From Octopus vulgaris (Eukaryota): a DNA stretch of 64,000 nt. Position 1 is the stretch's first letter. Each line of letters starts with the position of its first letter. A model generated the notes under the pieces. That model was not told where the DNA came from, did not search any database, and worked only from the letters and a program-made list of their open reading frames with translations. The stretch is from contig OX597815.1 of NCBI GenBank assembly GCA_951406725.2, positions 203,360,001 to 203,424,000 of the forward strand. Reading direction: 5' to 3'. The position numbers and the translations under genes are program-made. Below are positions 1 through 13,589 of the stretch, piece by piece.

Positions 1-85
1 TACATACATACATACATACATACATACATACATACATACATACATACATACATACATACATACATACATACCCGCTCCTATATAT

Positions 86-121
86 CTTTCTGTTGAAGAG
101 CGTAGGCTCGAAACGTTAAAG
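86..121 (+). ncRNA. Degenerate minimal type-I hammerhead motif
   Basis: CTTT-CTGTTGA-A-GAGC gtag GCTC-GAAA-CGT-TA-AAG; one core substitution; in a short unit bounded by microsatellites. Confidence 0.55.
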
Positions 122-249
122 ACTTATTTTATTTATATTTCCTGAGCGCCATACTAATACAATTGTTTGTTTGTATTCCACCTGCCTTCGTCTTTTGTTT
201 ATTTCCGTAAACCTGCCTGTCTTTTGTCTATTTTCATAAAGCTTCCCGT

Positions 250-303
<54 letters not shown>

Positions 304-397
304 GGTATATATATATATATATAATAAATATTAGGGAATAAATCCAAATTTACAGGGAAAAAAATCAGATTTAGGATTAAATCCAATTTTATAGTAA

Positions 398-1097
398 AAT
401 ATTATAAAATATTACTAGAGACAAAACCACTATTTTGCAAAGCAAACAAGGAAAGACTTAATCAATACATAAAATTTTAATAAATAGTCAATAAAACCGC
501 CACTACAATTGTTTCTTGTCTTGATCGACAATCTTCAGGTGGACTTCAATCTAAAATATCAATATTTTAAAATATAAAAATAATAATTTTAAAATAATTA
601 AAGTATTAATGAAAAAATATGAATATATAATCCATATATAACCTATATATAATCCATATATAATCAATATATAAACAATATATAAACTAAAATAAACCTA
701 TCAACAATTAAATATAAAATATAAAATATAAAATATAAAATATAAAACAAAACAAAAAATAATAATAATATAATAATAAACTATATATACACCCATACAC
801 ATATAACTAATTATATATAACCATATCTAATTACATACACTAAATCACACACCTATATATATATCCCTATACATACACATAAAAACGTCTAGGCAACTAT
901 AAATAAATAAAATAGCTAAATACTTCAACACAATACTTATTCATACTCCCACACACTTATATAGCAATCCCTTTAACCTATACATTCACACACAAATACA
1001 CACACGTAAACCACACACCCATAACAAATATAAAATTTTATGTATTGATTAAGTCTTTCCTTGTTTGTTTTGCAAAATAGTGGTTTTGTCTCTAATA

Positions 1098-1105
<8 letters not shown>
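398..1105. repeat. Inverted duplication (~80-bp arms at ~398-480 and ~1031-1105) around an HHR, bounded by (TA)n
   Basis: gagacaaaaccactattttgcaaa...gacttaatcaatacataaaatt is the reverse complement of the 1031-1105 segment. Confidence 0.8.
500..542 (-). ncRNA. Type-I hammerhead ribozyme motif
   Basis: Minus: CCAC-CTGAAGA-TTGTC gatcaa GACAA-GAAA-CAATTG-TA-GTGG; intact core, all stems pair, palindromic stem III, GUA cleavage site. Confidence 0.85.
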
Positions 1106-1138
<33 letters not shown>

Positions 1139-1568
1139 CAAAAATTTAAGAAAAAAACAACAAACGGAAAATTTTACAAAAACATAACAAATAGAAAATT
1201 CGTAGCTAATTCCTCATCAGTGAACGTCCGAAAGATCCTTACAATTTCGTGCCTTTGACGTTGATATTGTTCACTTTTGGTGGAGTCATCGGCGAAAACC
1301 CATTGAGAATAGCTAACGAACATATAGAGCAATGACTTAAACATGATAAAATGAAATATACATATAAAGAATTACATGTACAACAGAAAAAAGCATTTAT
1401 ACACATATATACATGTACATATGTATGTGTATGCTCGCTCGCGTGCACACACACACATACACACACTTAATTTTTCCTGCTCTTTTTTTCCACTACACAG
1501 ACACACACACACACACACATACAATCCCGCCGTAAAAATAGGTCTATATGTCATGGGAAGTGGAGTTT

Positions 1569-1600
1569 GTAACGTTTCAAACAGAGTTTCTTCAGGTTTG
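1569..1600 (-). ncRNA. Degenerate minimal hammerhead-like motif
   Basis: CTGAAGA-AAC tct GTTT-GAAA-CGTTA; stem I does not pair. Confidence 0.35.
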
Positions 1601-1878
1601 GGATGAAAAGAAAAATATAATAACGGACAAGTGTCATACTCTCTATATCAGAGTAACTAGCAGTATCTGACTCAAAACAAATTGGCAGTGCTTGAGTAGA
1701 TAGGAAGTAGTACAAATGAGATAGTTGGTGTGTAACTGGAAAGAGAAGGGAAAGTGAAAGTAGATGAGACACTGAATGAGGTGGAGGAAGTTAATGTAAA
1801 CATGAAAGAGAAAGAATGGAGAGATATGATATTGAGACTTGAAGCCAAAGTGGGAAGAAAGAAGGTTATTTAGAATTA

Positions 1879-3150
1879 TTAGGTTGTCTGAAAAGTTCTG
1901 AGCGTTTTTCAACTAAATTTTTTAACGCTTCATTGAACACACCTGAAACGTAACACAGTTAAAACTTTGGCGTTGCTTGAAGTGGATCTCTTCTTTGTTC
2001 CCGAATAAAAATAGATTTATCTTTCATTCCGGTTACCCTTTGTTGACATTTGAAATGGATAACCAAAGCTTTCATATTCGCATTGTAATGCTTTCCTTCT
2101 TTTCTTTTAAAAGGAGAGAATGCTGCAAAGACTTACAAAAAACATTTGTGAAGTTCATGGTGATGATGCTGTATATGAATAAACTGTTCGAAGGTGGTTT
2201 GCAAAATTTAAAGCTGTAGAGTTTAGTTTGGAAGGTGACAATCGCAGAGGAAGAGCTTCAAAATTGAACGGAAATGTTTTGAAAGCAAAAATCGAAGAAG
2301 ACTCAAATATCACGACTGGAGAACTTGCAGAGGAGTTGGAAGTCTCTAAAAGTCTCTATGAACACCTAGTGAAGCTAGGATACATTTCTCGCCATAATAT
2401 ATGGATCTCTCACAAACACTCAGAAAAGAATTGGACCAGCATCCCATTTGTGATATGCTTTTGGAAAGGAATGAAAGCATGCCCTTTTTTGAAATAAATT
2501 GTGACTGGAAATGAAAAATGGATTGTGTACGAAAAAAGTAGCACGAAAAGGGTCCTAGAGTTTGCGTAAGGATTCTCCAAAACAGCAATCAAAGACGAAT
2601 ATCCATACCAAAAAAGCTATGCTTTGGTGGGATCATAAAGACATTATTTATGATGAGTTTCTCCCACAAAACCAGACCATTGATTCTGATGTGTACTGCC
2701 GTCAGCTGAACCAAAAAGAAAGAAAATCAAAGAATTGAAACCGGAGATTGCCAACAGGAAAGGCATAATATTCCAACAAGACAATGCCCAACCACATGTC
2801 TATTTGGCTACCCGAACAAAGTTACATGAACTTGGCTGGGATATCTTACCCCATCCACCATTTTCTCCTGATATTGCTCCATCCGACTACCACTTTTTTT
2901 TTGTCTCTACAAAAACTGAATGCAAGGAAAAATATTTAAAGATTTAGATAGTCAAAATGCATCTAGATAATGTTTTTCTTCAAAACCAGTAAAATTGTAT
3001 ACTGATAGAATATTTAAATTGCCTGATAGATGGGCAAAGGTCATTAATAATGATAGAAATTAATTTATTGACTGAAGTTTATTGAAAAGTCAATTATTTA
3101 TATCCCTTTTTGCATATTAAAAGACGCTCACAAATTTCCGGACAACGCAA
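1879..3150 (+). mobile_element. Decayed mariner transposon
   Basis: Imperfect TIRs (ttaggttgtctgaaaagttctgagcgt / acgctcacaaatttccggacaacgcaa) with TA flanks; frameshifted transposase fragments (QQDNAQPH, HPPFSPDIAPSDYH). Confidence 0.9.
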
Positions 3151-5318
3151 TAGTAAAGTTTACGAGGTCACCGCGTCTTTAGTTATTTTATTCTGTTATT
3201 CCCCCGTCTCAGTTTTTGTGTGAAGTGTTTTTGAATTGTACATAAATCAATGGAGTCTGCAGTTGAAAGAATTATTTCCTTACAAGAATGGAAAAAGAAA
3301 CACTTTATGTATAGGAATTTTTCTATACATTTACGTGTCATAATATGCGTGTGTGTGTGTACTTGTGTATGTGTGTGTGTGCATGTGCGTACGCACGTAA
3401 GTATGTATGTGTGCATGTACATACATATATGTATATAAGCACATATGTAAAGGCTAAGCATGTGTCAGAGTATAACTAAAGTCGCAGTTGTGTAAAGCAT
3501 ATCCGAGTCTAATAAAACTATTTGTGAAATAAATCATCCAATACCGATATAAGTAATCACCGTCAGCCATGAATTCTCAAACACTCTCGAATTTACACGA
3601 ATGAAAGACAACTCATAATAAGGAGATCCCCAAGGCCTAAAAATTCGCAAAGAAGCATATCAAACATACATTCCCATCTTCAGCTGCCAAACAGATACCA
3701 TTATAGTTTTGACACCCGAGCAGTACTATTCAATTCGGCAGTGTGAATAGCGTTAAAAACAGAAACATACATAGATAATACATAGATGTGTGTGTATGTG
3801 TGTAAGTGTGTTTGTGCGTGCGTGTGCGTGTGAGTGTATGTGTATATACTTGATGGTTTTTATACTCTTTCAGCCCACCAAATTTTATTCAAGGCATTAA
3901 TCAAAATGGGGCTATAGAAGAAGGTGTTACACAGTGGGAGCGTTCCTAGAACCAACACTTGATATTCTCCCCATGGCTTACTTCCTGCGATCTCGACACT
4001 TTATCAAACAAAAGGAGGTGGGAGATTCAGTGAAAGATTCTTCGCTTCTACTTTAAATGCTAGGTTGCTTTTGCTGCAACTTGCCGAGTAAAACAGGTTA
4101 GCAAAATATTGTAAAACGTTTCACTTATCACAATATTTTCTTTTATAGTTGTGTACTCTGCAGTTGGAGAATGTCAGCGAAGAACCAAAGTTGTGACAGC
4201 ATCGGATAAAATAATGCTCAGTGATGATTTCGGTTCTCTACTGCCTGAGTTCAAATCATGTGCAGGTCAGCTTTGGCTATCATCCATTCTGAACCGATAA
4301 AGAAAGTACTAGTCAAATACTATGTTTAATTTTAGCACCCCTTTCTTTTTTTAACTGTCTTAGAATCAGTAGTTACATAGTTCTCCAATAAGAACTGTAC
4401 AATGTCGGAAATAATAAAGAAATAAAGAAAATAATCTCCAGGGAGCTTGGAACATCCATTGCATTCCAAGTGTTAGTGGTTTCCAGATGATGTTGAAAAT
4501 CTTTACAAATATGATATTTAAAGAAAGGAGAAAATTGTTTATAATAATTGCGTAATATACCAGTTTCAAAATCCTAATCATTTGGTTGGTTCTATTATCA
4601 TTTAATGCATTGTATACAGATTAAATTTCCCTTTCTTTTCATCATGTTTCTGTTTTGTTTTGTTCGTTTGTTTGGTTTGGATTAGCTTTGCTTTTATTTT
4701 AAACGAAATTGCATCTTAGATGAAAGAACTTCTATGACGTTAGAAAAAACAACTATCCAAAACAAACACATCGATCAGAGCAAAATGCGCTGGCATGACC
4801 TATGTTTTTAAATATTTGATGTTTTTACTGTTAGTACTACTACTGACGCTGCTACAGCACCTGCTGGTGTTACTGTTGTTGTTGCTGGTGATGATGATGG
4901 TGATGTTTTTTGTAAAAAAAACAACCCTTTTTTGTTTCTACGTTTTCTTAAGCACTTCTTGCTGCGGTTGGCTTTCTTCTATGCTAATGTGTTCAGTAGA
5001 GTGTTTTGCTGACTCTCTTTTCAAAATCGATCATATAAATAGCCTTAATAATTCCTCATATGAGCCATATACATACATACATACATACATACATACATAC
5101 ATACATACATACATGTGTTTGTGTGTGTGTGTATCAGATCATCAGGAAGTAACATTACTCTTGTACTAAATCGATTCTTCACGCTGATATCATCGATTAA
5201 ATCGGAGCTTCTCGATATGTAACTGGCTCATATTTTATTGTCGACAACAGAGCAATTTCGATACACGGACATAACAATGTACTGAACTGAACCAGACACA
5301 CACTCACACATACACACA

Positions 5319-5409
<91 letters not shown>

Positions 5410-5904
5410 CTTCTATTTCCGCTCAGAATTTTTACCCTATTTTCCTAATATTTCTTTATCACTTTTCCTTTCTCTGTTTCTGTTTCTCTCAAAAGTTTAC
5501 TCCCCAAGCGCACGGTTCCGAGTTCAACCCCAATGCGTTACACTTTGAGTAACACCTTGAGTGTCATATATGTGACTCTTCTCATATCTCCAGAAACTAA
5601 ACCAGTTCATTTCTTCAAGAGTATATCAGCTTTAAGAATTCTTGATTCTTTAGATTATCCCCCCTTCCCATATTTAGCTAGTCCCAGTTGTTATTTGGAA
5701 ATTGATACATATCCCCTACAGGGCGAGATAATTTTATAAATTTAGAGCGTATGTGATATGGTATTTGTTGTTACTGACCACACTGAGCTCTTTTAATTTT
5801 TTACCTCATTTTATAAATTTGTGTAAATTACTTATGTTATGAGTGTGTTCAACTCTTTTTATAAATGCCTATCTCCGTTTCCTTCAGGAGATAGGTTAGG
5901 ATAC

Positions 5905-5950
5905 CTATCGTGCTGATGATGCCTATAGGGACAGAAATACGTGTCCATAG
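5905..5950 (+). ncRNA. Type-I hammerhead motif (slightly degenerate)
   Basis: CTATcgTG-CTGATGA-TGCC tata GGGACA-GAAA-TACGTG-TC-CATAG; GUC site; within a PLE-tail-like segment ending in (TA)n. Confidence 0.65.
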
Positions 5951-6064
5951 CTGCCCTCTTATTTCCAGATACATTTGTCTATGTCATTCATATACATGCC
6001 ACTGGTCACTCTGAGTTTTTTCTCTTAGAACATTTTAATTGAATTCATGTATATATATATATAA

Positions 6065-6111
<47 letters not shown>

Positions 6112-6229
6112 GCGGTACACACATACACATATATACACACAGATATGGATCTTCCATTTTCCCTTAGAAAACTCATTTTTTTCACTACTCTCTCTCTCTT
6201 TTCCTCGCTTATCTACATATATATGTGCT

Positions 6230-7222
6230 TTGAAATTATGGGTGTTGGTATGGCTGGCGCTAGCGTAACGAAAACAGCCGAAATGTTTGGTGTATCAAGA
6301 AGTCCTGTCTCGAAAGTAATGAGAGCTTTTGAGAGGAAGAAAAACCTCCTTGCAGAAACAAAACTCCGGAAGAAAACTAAAACTTTCAGATAGGGACCGT
6401 CGGACTCTTACGCGAATTGTTAGAAAGGATCACAAATGTACAGCTCCCAAAATTACTGCAGAGCTTAACGACTACCTCGTGAATCCAGTTTCCACAAAGA
6501 CTATTCGCCGGGAACTGCACAAAGCAGGATTTCACGGGAGGGCTGCAATCAGAAAACTACTACTTTTAAAAACAAACGTTGCAAAGCGTTTAGAGTGGAA
6601 AAAACCCCACAGAATTGGTCCCTAGTGCAGTGGAAGAATGTTTTTTCTCGGACAAGCCATCTTTTACGTTATTTCCGACCACAGGCCGAGGATACGCGTG
6701 GAGACAGCCAAAAGAAGTATTTGACCCAGACAGCCTTCTTCCAACAGTTAAACATGGCGGAGGATCTGTGATGATCTGGGTGGGGGCTATACTTTGGAAA
6801 TCCACCGGCTCAATGGTTTCCCTTCATGGCAGGATTAATAGTCAAGACTATTTAAGCATTTTATCTGATCAAATTCAGCCTTCCGGAGGGAAGCGCAATA
6901 TTTCAGGATGATAATGCACCAATTCACACTGTTAAAGTTGTTATTGAATAGCGCGAAGAACATTCTAGTGAAGGTGAACATCATATCTGGCCACCACAGT
7001 CCCTAGATCGCAATACTATCGAATGTTTATGGTGCATTTTAGAAAAACAAACGAGGAGTCAATATCTTCCATCATCATCACTACAAGAACTGGAAGCTGA
7101 AGAATGGACAAAAATTCCTTTGGAATTTCGAGCTGTAATTACTCCAAAGGCGGTCCTACCCTTTATTAAAATGATTTTTTTTTTAATTTTAAGGTGTTTC
7201 CATTATTTTGTCCAACCCCTTC
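6230..7222 (+). mobile_element. Decayed Tc1-family transposon (5'-truncated)
   Basis: Frameshifted transposase (SGRKLKLSDRDRRTLTRIV; PTVKHGGGSVMIW; QDDNAPIH; WPPQS) and a right-TIR-like end before (TA)n. Confidence 0.88.
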
Positions 7223-7233
7223 ATATATATATA

Positions 7234-7270
<37 letters not shown>

Positions 7271-7275
7271 CATAC

Positions 7276-7309
<34 letters not shown>

Positions 7310-7314
7310 GTATA

Positions 7315-7383
<69 letters not shown>

Positions 7384-8053
7384 GTAAGTATGTATGTACA
7401 TATATGCATGTATGCACATATATTTTTTTTATATTTATATTATTATATGATTGAACGCTACGCATCCATTTCCAAAGAAGTTTATCTTAATAATTCTGAT
7501 ACAGCCCTACCCTATACTGATCTCTCTCCCTCTTTCGTTTTCTCTCTCTTCCTTTCTCAAATTCGTTTTTCTCCCCTTCCAACGCTTTCGTTTTTTTTTT
7601 CTCTCATCGTTTCTTTGATTCTTTTTTCTCCCTTTCTCCGTTTTCTCGCTCGCTCTCTACCTCTTTCTCCTTTACTCTCTTTCGTTGCCCACATGTGACC
7701 ATCGTCCATCTATCTTTTCCTCGCGTGATCAGATTTCTTTTCTTTCAGTCTCTCTTACAGACCAGACGCATTCTTAGCTGTCTCCTCTTTTATCTTTTCT
7801 CTTGTGAAAAACAATATTCCTCTAGCGTTCGCTACCTTACCTCGTCTGGCCTAACGCTCCTCCATGTTTGTTTTCGTTTGATTTGTTGTATGTCTCCACA
7901 ACTGATGAAGCGTCGTTCTTTATGTTAGTTGTCTTGTTTTCCTAGTTGTTTGCATACCCAAGTTTGTCTTCGTATTTTTTGTTGTTTTCGTATTTCATGT
8001 TGTTTACAGTTTGTGACGGCCTATACCCATATATGCATATATATATATATATA

Positions 8054-8862
8054 AGATTGAAGGCTTCGAATGATTTGTCTGTGTTCCGTGTTCGTCCCTT
8101 CCTGTATTTCACGTTCATTATATATAAAAACATTTATTCTTATATTATTGCGGCGTTACGTGCACCCCCCCCCACCGTTTGTTTGTCCAATTTTAAACCC
8201 TGCACGACTTCTATACACACTGTCTTTCCTACCCGCCATTGCTTCTTCACCAAACTATTTTGGCGCCCTCCGATTCTTCCCCCTCTTCCTCCCATCCTCC
8301 TCCCCTCTTCCTCCCATCCTCCTTAATCCCTTCTTTCTCCTTTTCTCTTGGTCACTGATTCTGTCCCCTGCCTTCCACCCTCTTTGATTCCCTCTCTCTC
8401 TGTCTCTCTTTCTCTCTCTCTCCTGCAACCTGCTGCTTCTTAACCATTCTGTTGGCCATCGTATCTCGACCAACATGTGTCCCCGCTACCGAAACGGTAA
8501 TTATTTCTACGCCAGCTGCTATGTTGTTGTTGTTTTTGTCTCATTTGGTCTAAAGTCGTATGACAACCACCGTTATATATATTTTGTTTATTCATTACTG
8601 TTTTCAATTTCGTTTTCGTCTCTTGTATTTACATCCGTCTTGTGCGTTCACATTCCTGTCTTCTACCAAGAAATCTAATGCTTACAGCTTAGTTTTTTTT
8701 CTTGGGGCTGGCCGAGTTGGAGCAAATATCAGAATTGAACAGCCGAAATTTGCTATGATGATTCGGTGTCTGACTGAAGATTGAAGGCTTCGAATGATTT
8801 GTCTGTGTTCCGTGTTCGTCCCTTCCTGTATTTCACGTTCATTATATATAAAAACGTTTATT

Positions 8863-8866
<4 letters not shown>
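8054..8866 (+). mobile_element. PLE-type pseudo-LTR remnant with ~88-bp terminal direct repeat (8054-8141 = 8777-8866), bounded by (TA)n
   Basis: Near-identical direct repeat aagattgaaggcttcgaatgatttgtctgtgttccgtg...; pyrimidine-rich body; related to 23480-24310. Confidence 0.55.
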
Positions 8867-8909
<43 letters not shown>

Positions 8910-8987
8910 ATGTATGTATGTATACATAAATGTATGTACCTATATACAACTGTACGCATGTATGTATGTATGTATGTATGTATATGT

Positions 8988-9047
<60 letters not shown>

Positions 9048-9389
9048 CTAAATAAAATATTTCATGTTTTGCAGTAAGAGTTACTAATGATATTAGTCTG
9101 TCTGTCTGTATGTATGTCGCTCTCTCTTTCTCTCTCTGTTGTAGAACAAAATGGAATTTGAAGTTTAATCAAAATCAATTTAAAAGAAGCACTCAGTTCA
9201 GGTCGCAGCTGGTAATTATTTTTTAATCAAATTCACCATCTTCCTTGTTTCAACTTCGATGTTAAGGTGTATATAGTTTGGTTTTGAAGTATGAATAATG
9301 AATTACGAAACAATGAGGAAGTCACTATGCTAGGAGTAGCAACCAAATCTCCCTCAAACCACCTCCTTATTTTAAACAAAGAAGTATGT

Positions 9390-9720
9390 GTTCACGAATG
9401 GAAGCAGCCGAAAAGGGATTTCTAAGTATCTCTGGTGTAACTCGGGAATCAGGATGCCTCTACAGGTCGAGTCGCTACTTCTTCGCATTGAAAGGGTTAT
9501 AGCTCTTGTATTATGGTCATGTGATTAGAATGTCGTTGTAAAGAATCGCAAATGAGCCAAGTGGTAGGAGATCCCAGGGAAGGCCAAAACTGGGGTGGTT
9601 GGATAATATCTGTAGTCTTGGTCACGCTTGGGAATCCATGTGGAATGGATGCCTGAGGACTTTATCCTTACGACATACTCAGGAATAGTGGGCGGCGAAG
9701 ATACATGGATGGACGAATGT
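9390..9720 (+). mobile_element. RTE-like LINE 3' remnant
   Basis: Degenerate YGHVIRM and GRPK.W motifs typical of RTE ORF C-termini. Confidence 0.45.
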
Positions 9721-9738
9721 ATTAGGCAATGTCTCTTT

Positions 9739-9791
<53 letters not shown>

Positions 9792-10352
9792 AAAGAGATG
9801 AGATTAAAGCTGGAACATCTTTGATCATTCGACTCTGCATTGACGGCTATTTTGGGGCTAAATAAATACAAATAAAACAATTTTTTATCAACACCATATA
9901 AAATTCATGTAAATATTTTATGAAACTGAAGTCTGAGATTCATTTCTTTCACGAATGCTGCTGTCTTTGTTAATGTTGTTGTTTCGTCCAAATGCAACAC
10001 TGATCCATTTAACAAAAAAATCAAACATGTTCCATTAGTTGCCCTCCGTCTTTTCGTACGTTTAGTCCAGTCGAATCCGTTGAGTTATTTTCTATTTTAC
10101 AAGAACGTAGTGTGTGATTTGGCGCTATCGTCATCGTTGTCATCGCCGACGTCGTCATGATTATTCATGTCATCACTATCGTCAACCTTCTCTCTCTCCC
10201 TCTCCTAGCCCTCAACATTATCTCATCTTCGTCACCATCGTCATCGTTATCACCATCAGAAATTTCATATACTCCGAGTCACAATGTCTTACTGTTAATA
10301 ATACTCTCGTCGGCTTCATTTATGATGACAAGTGCATCTTGAACTGCTGGTA

Positions 10353-10553
10353 GGCGAAATGCTTAGCAGTATTTCGTCTGCCGTTACGTTCTGAGTTCAA
10401 TTTCCGCCGAGGTCGACTTTGCCTTTCATCCTTTCGAGGTCGATTAAATAAGTACCAGTTACTCACTGGCGTTGATATAATCGACTTAATCCGTTTGTCT
10501 GTCCTTGTTTGTCCCCTCTATGTTTAACCCCTTGTGGGTAATAAAGAAATAGG
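10353..10553 (+). mobile_element. SINE family 2 copy
   Basis: Similar to 23050-23280; ctgagttcaa box; tail gtttaaccccttgtgggtaataaagaaatagg. Confidence 0.75.
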
Positions 10554-10732
10554 TATGTAAGCAAAACTGAAACAAGCTATTAGTGAGAGATTTTCTGCCG
10601 TGATGCCACGAGAGTGGAACACTACAAAAACGTAGAAAGCTATTTATTTAACAAGTGCTCCCTCTGTTTGTACTTACAAACGGTAACAACATATTCATAT
10701 CTTCGTAGAATGAATAATATTAGAACTAAATA

Positions 10733-11940
10733 TTGGGTTGGCAAGAAAGTAATATCGTTTTTTTTTTTGTGTGTGAAATAAAAGTCTTTTTTTTTCATAC
10801 GAAGAATGAACTTTAACCAATTATATATTTTCCATTTTGTTCGATGACCTTTTGCCATCTTTCTGGCAACTTCATGATCCCACGCCCATAGAACTTCTGG
10901 TCCTTATCAGCCCAAAACTGAAGCAAGTGCAATTTCAGGTCATCACCATTATTAACAGTTTTACCATTCAAAGAAATTTGCAAACTTCGAAATAAATAGT
11001 AATCTGATGGTGCAAGGTCAGGGCTACGTGATAGATGTGACATCACTTCACAACCAAGCTCCAGTAATTTTCCACAAGTTAGCAAAAACGTGTGTGGCTT
11101 AGCGCTATCATGGTGGAACACTATTCCTTTACGATTTGCCAATTCTAGCTGTTTTTCTTTGATTGCTTCCTCCATTTTCCTTAGTTGCTGACAGTAAACA
11201 TCTGAATCGATCGTTTGGTTCCTTGGAAACAGTTCAAAATACACAACACCTTTGTAATCTCTTCAAATTGACAGCAACTTTTGAGGCAATTCAGCCTTTG
11301 ATGTGGTTTGTGCAGATTCATTTCGGTTGGGCCATAATCATTTTCGATTGCACAAATATTGATACTTTGTGTTAAGTGAATCTCTTTCAATTTATGTGGA
11401 ACCCATATATCGAGCTTCTCAACGAGTCCAAGATGATTTTCAAGTGATTTTCAGTTGTTGTGTGTGATACATTTAACGTCTCTGCAATCTCGCTCACAGT
11501 TATATGACAATCATATTCAACTATGGCTTTGATTCGGTCATCATCAACTTCAGTAGGTCGACCAGAACGTTGGTAATCTTTCAGTGAAAAATCTCCAGAA
11601 CGGAATTTTTAAAACCATTTCTGACATGTGCGTTCTGTTAAGCAATCAATACCATAAACTTCACATGTCTCTTTGTGAGCCTCAGCAGCTTTCTTGCTTT
11701 TACGGAAATAAAAAAAAAAGGCAAAATATGGCGAAAATGTTTGTTTTTGCACTCCATGATAAAATTGACACTGAACTAGCAACTGTAACCAAAATTACGC
11801 GCAATTTGCTTCTAAAAGAAGCTGAAAGTAACAAGTATCAAATGTCAAAAGGAAAAAAATCATGACATTGACGAAAGTCATTAAAAAAATCGTAACTCCA
11901 TCTAATTGCGAAAAACGAAATTACTTTCTTGCCAACCCAA
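10733..11940 (-). mobile_element. Full-length decayed mariner transposon
   Basis: TIR TTGGGTTGGCAAGAAAGTAAT at both ends with TA flanks; ORF 10813-11244 has FHHDSAKPH and SPDLAPSDYYLF. Confidence 0.93.
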
Positions 11941-12293
11941 TAGTTTTGTCTTGATTAAGGAAGTAAAAACACTCCGCCATAAGTGAAAGATATATGCCTG
12001 CACGCGCGTGTGTATGTGCAAGTGTGGGTGCGCGCGTTTGTAGCCGTGCGCTTGTGAAGTTTACCTCACAACCATAGGTCACGGCTTCGATTAGCCAGTG
12101 TGACATCTTTGTTAAGTGTCATTTACTTTAGTGAATGGTCAACCAAAGTTTTGGTTCTCTTAAGTGAAATTATGTCGAGGGAAACTGTGCGGAAGCGCAT
12201 CGGAATCCTTACATCTATAAATCAAAAAGCCAACATCGGTACACTCTGAGTTACGAGAGTATCGTAGTTCGCTTGAAGCATTGTGTATTGTTT

Positions 12294-12594
12294 GTAAGGA
12301 ATAAAAGGTTTTGAATCGTACAACAATGCACTAAAATACAGAGAATGGGCTGTGTATACCTGTTGTAATTTAGTCATCCATAGTCTGATATGATATTTCA
12401 GAATAAAATTCCTTCTTCAGATATTCTTAGAAAGAAAAACCGATTATAGCAGCGACTCCATCTAAGAATATCTGAAGAAGGAATTTTATTCCGAAATATC
12501 ATCAGAATATGGATGACTAAGTTACAACAGGTATATAGCCCATTGTTTGTATTATAGTGCATTGTTGTACCATTCAAAACCTTTTATTCTTTAC
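12294..12594. repeat. Long imperfect palindrome (~135-bp arms, ~30-nt spacer) with an HHR core on each strand
   Basis: 12294-12430 is the reverse complement of 12462-12594; CTGAAGA-AGGAA tttta TTCC-GAAA at 12472; stem I poorly paired. Confidence 0.85.
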
Positions 12595-13589
12595 TCTGAC
12601 TTACGTTGATTCTGCGTGTGGATGACGATAATGGTACAAGTTTCGGTTGAATATTCAATCATTTACTCACTTATTGAACGAGATGTTAGTTAAGTTGATT
12701 GAATGCTAGAATATTCATAATCGAAACCGACGGAGATTCATTTGATATCTTAATTGTGGTGGGAAAGGTGGTAGGAATTGTTATATTTCTGGCCAGTCGC
12801 CTGACATCTCTTGGAAAGTAATCTGTCAAGTTTTATTTATAAGCTGCTGTTCTCTTAACATATCAAACTAAATCTATATAGGGAGCTTTAACGCAGCTAG
12901 AAATATCACAGTAAATTCACTATGTGACGTAGTCTCTGTGTATGCCGGCTGCGGCAGCCATTGAGTTTGCAGTTACTGACCGCCGACCTCCCACAAAGTT
13001 ACGCTATTGAAATCGCAACCTGATGTTTTAAAAACGAAGTATTGAATAATTAGTCTTAGATATACTATGTACGAAATGCACTAATACAATATATGAAGGT
13101 AAAAAGAGCGAATAAACATGACTGGGACGTCTTAGATGATAGATTTGCTCGGTTAGTGCTGACTTAGGGCTTGACAACAACAGCAAAATCTGTTGCGTGA
13201 TATTCCTTCTTGACATAATTATATGGTCAGTTCATAACAGAATTATTGACGTGAGAGAAAAGAACACACTGGTATTGAAACTCTATGGTTTCAACACCCT
13301 CTTCCGCACACTACAAACTCTCTCAAGTAGCTTTCCATATATGTCCCATGTATGATAATATTTCACATACTGATATAATCCTTTCTACTAAAGGCAAAAG
13401 GCCTGAAATTTTGATGGGAGGCAGTTAGTCGAATACATCGCCGCTAATAGCAAAGGTTATTTTTATGAGACTCTAACGATTCATGAAGCTTGCTATTGCG
13501 TTATAGTTTTTTTTTTTTTTTTTTTTTTTTGCTCTTAACGTCTTGAGTTCAAATCCCTCCAACGTCATCTTTAAAGTTTACTTGACGGC

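Noticed and set aside
1200-1260. CTGATGA and GAAA on the minus strand
   Set aside because: Order and stems do not assemble into a hammerhead; similar isolated cores at 5139, 7902, 29678, 31825, 50585 and 57239 were also discarded.
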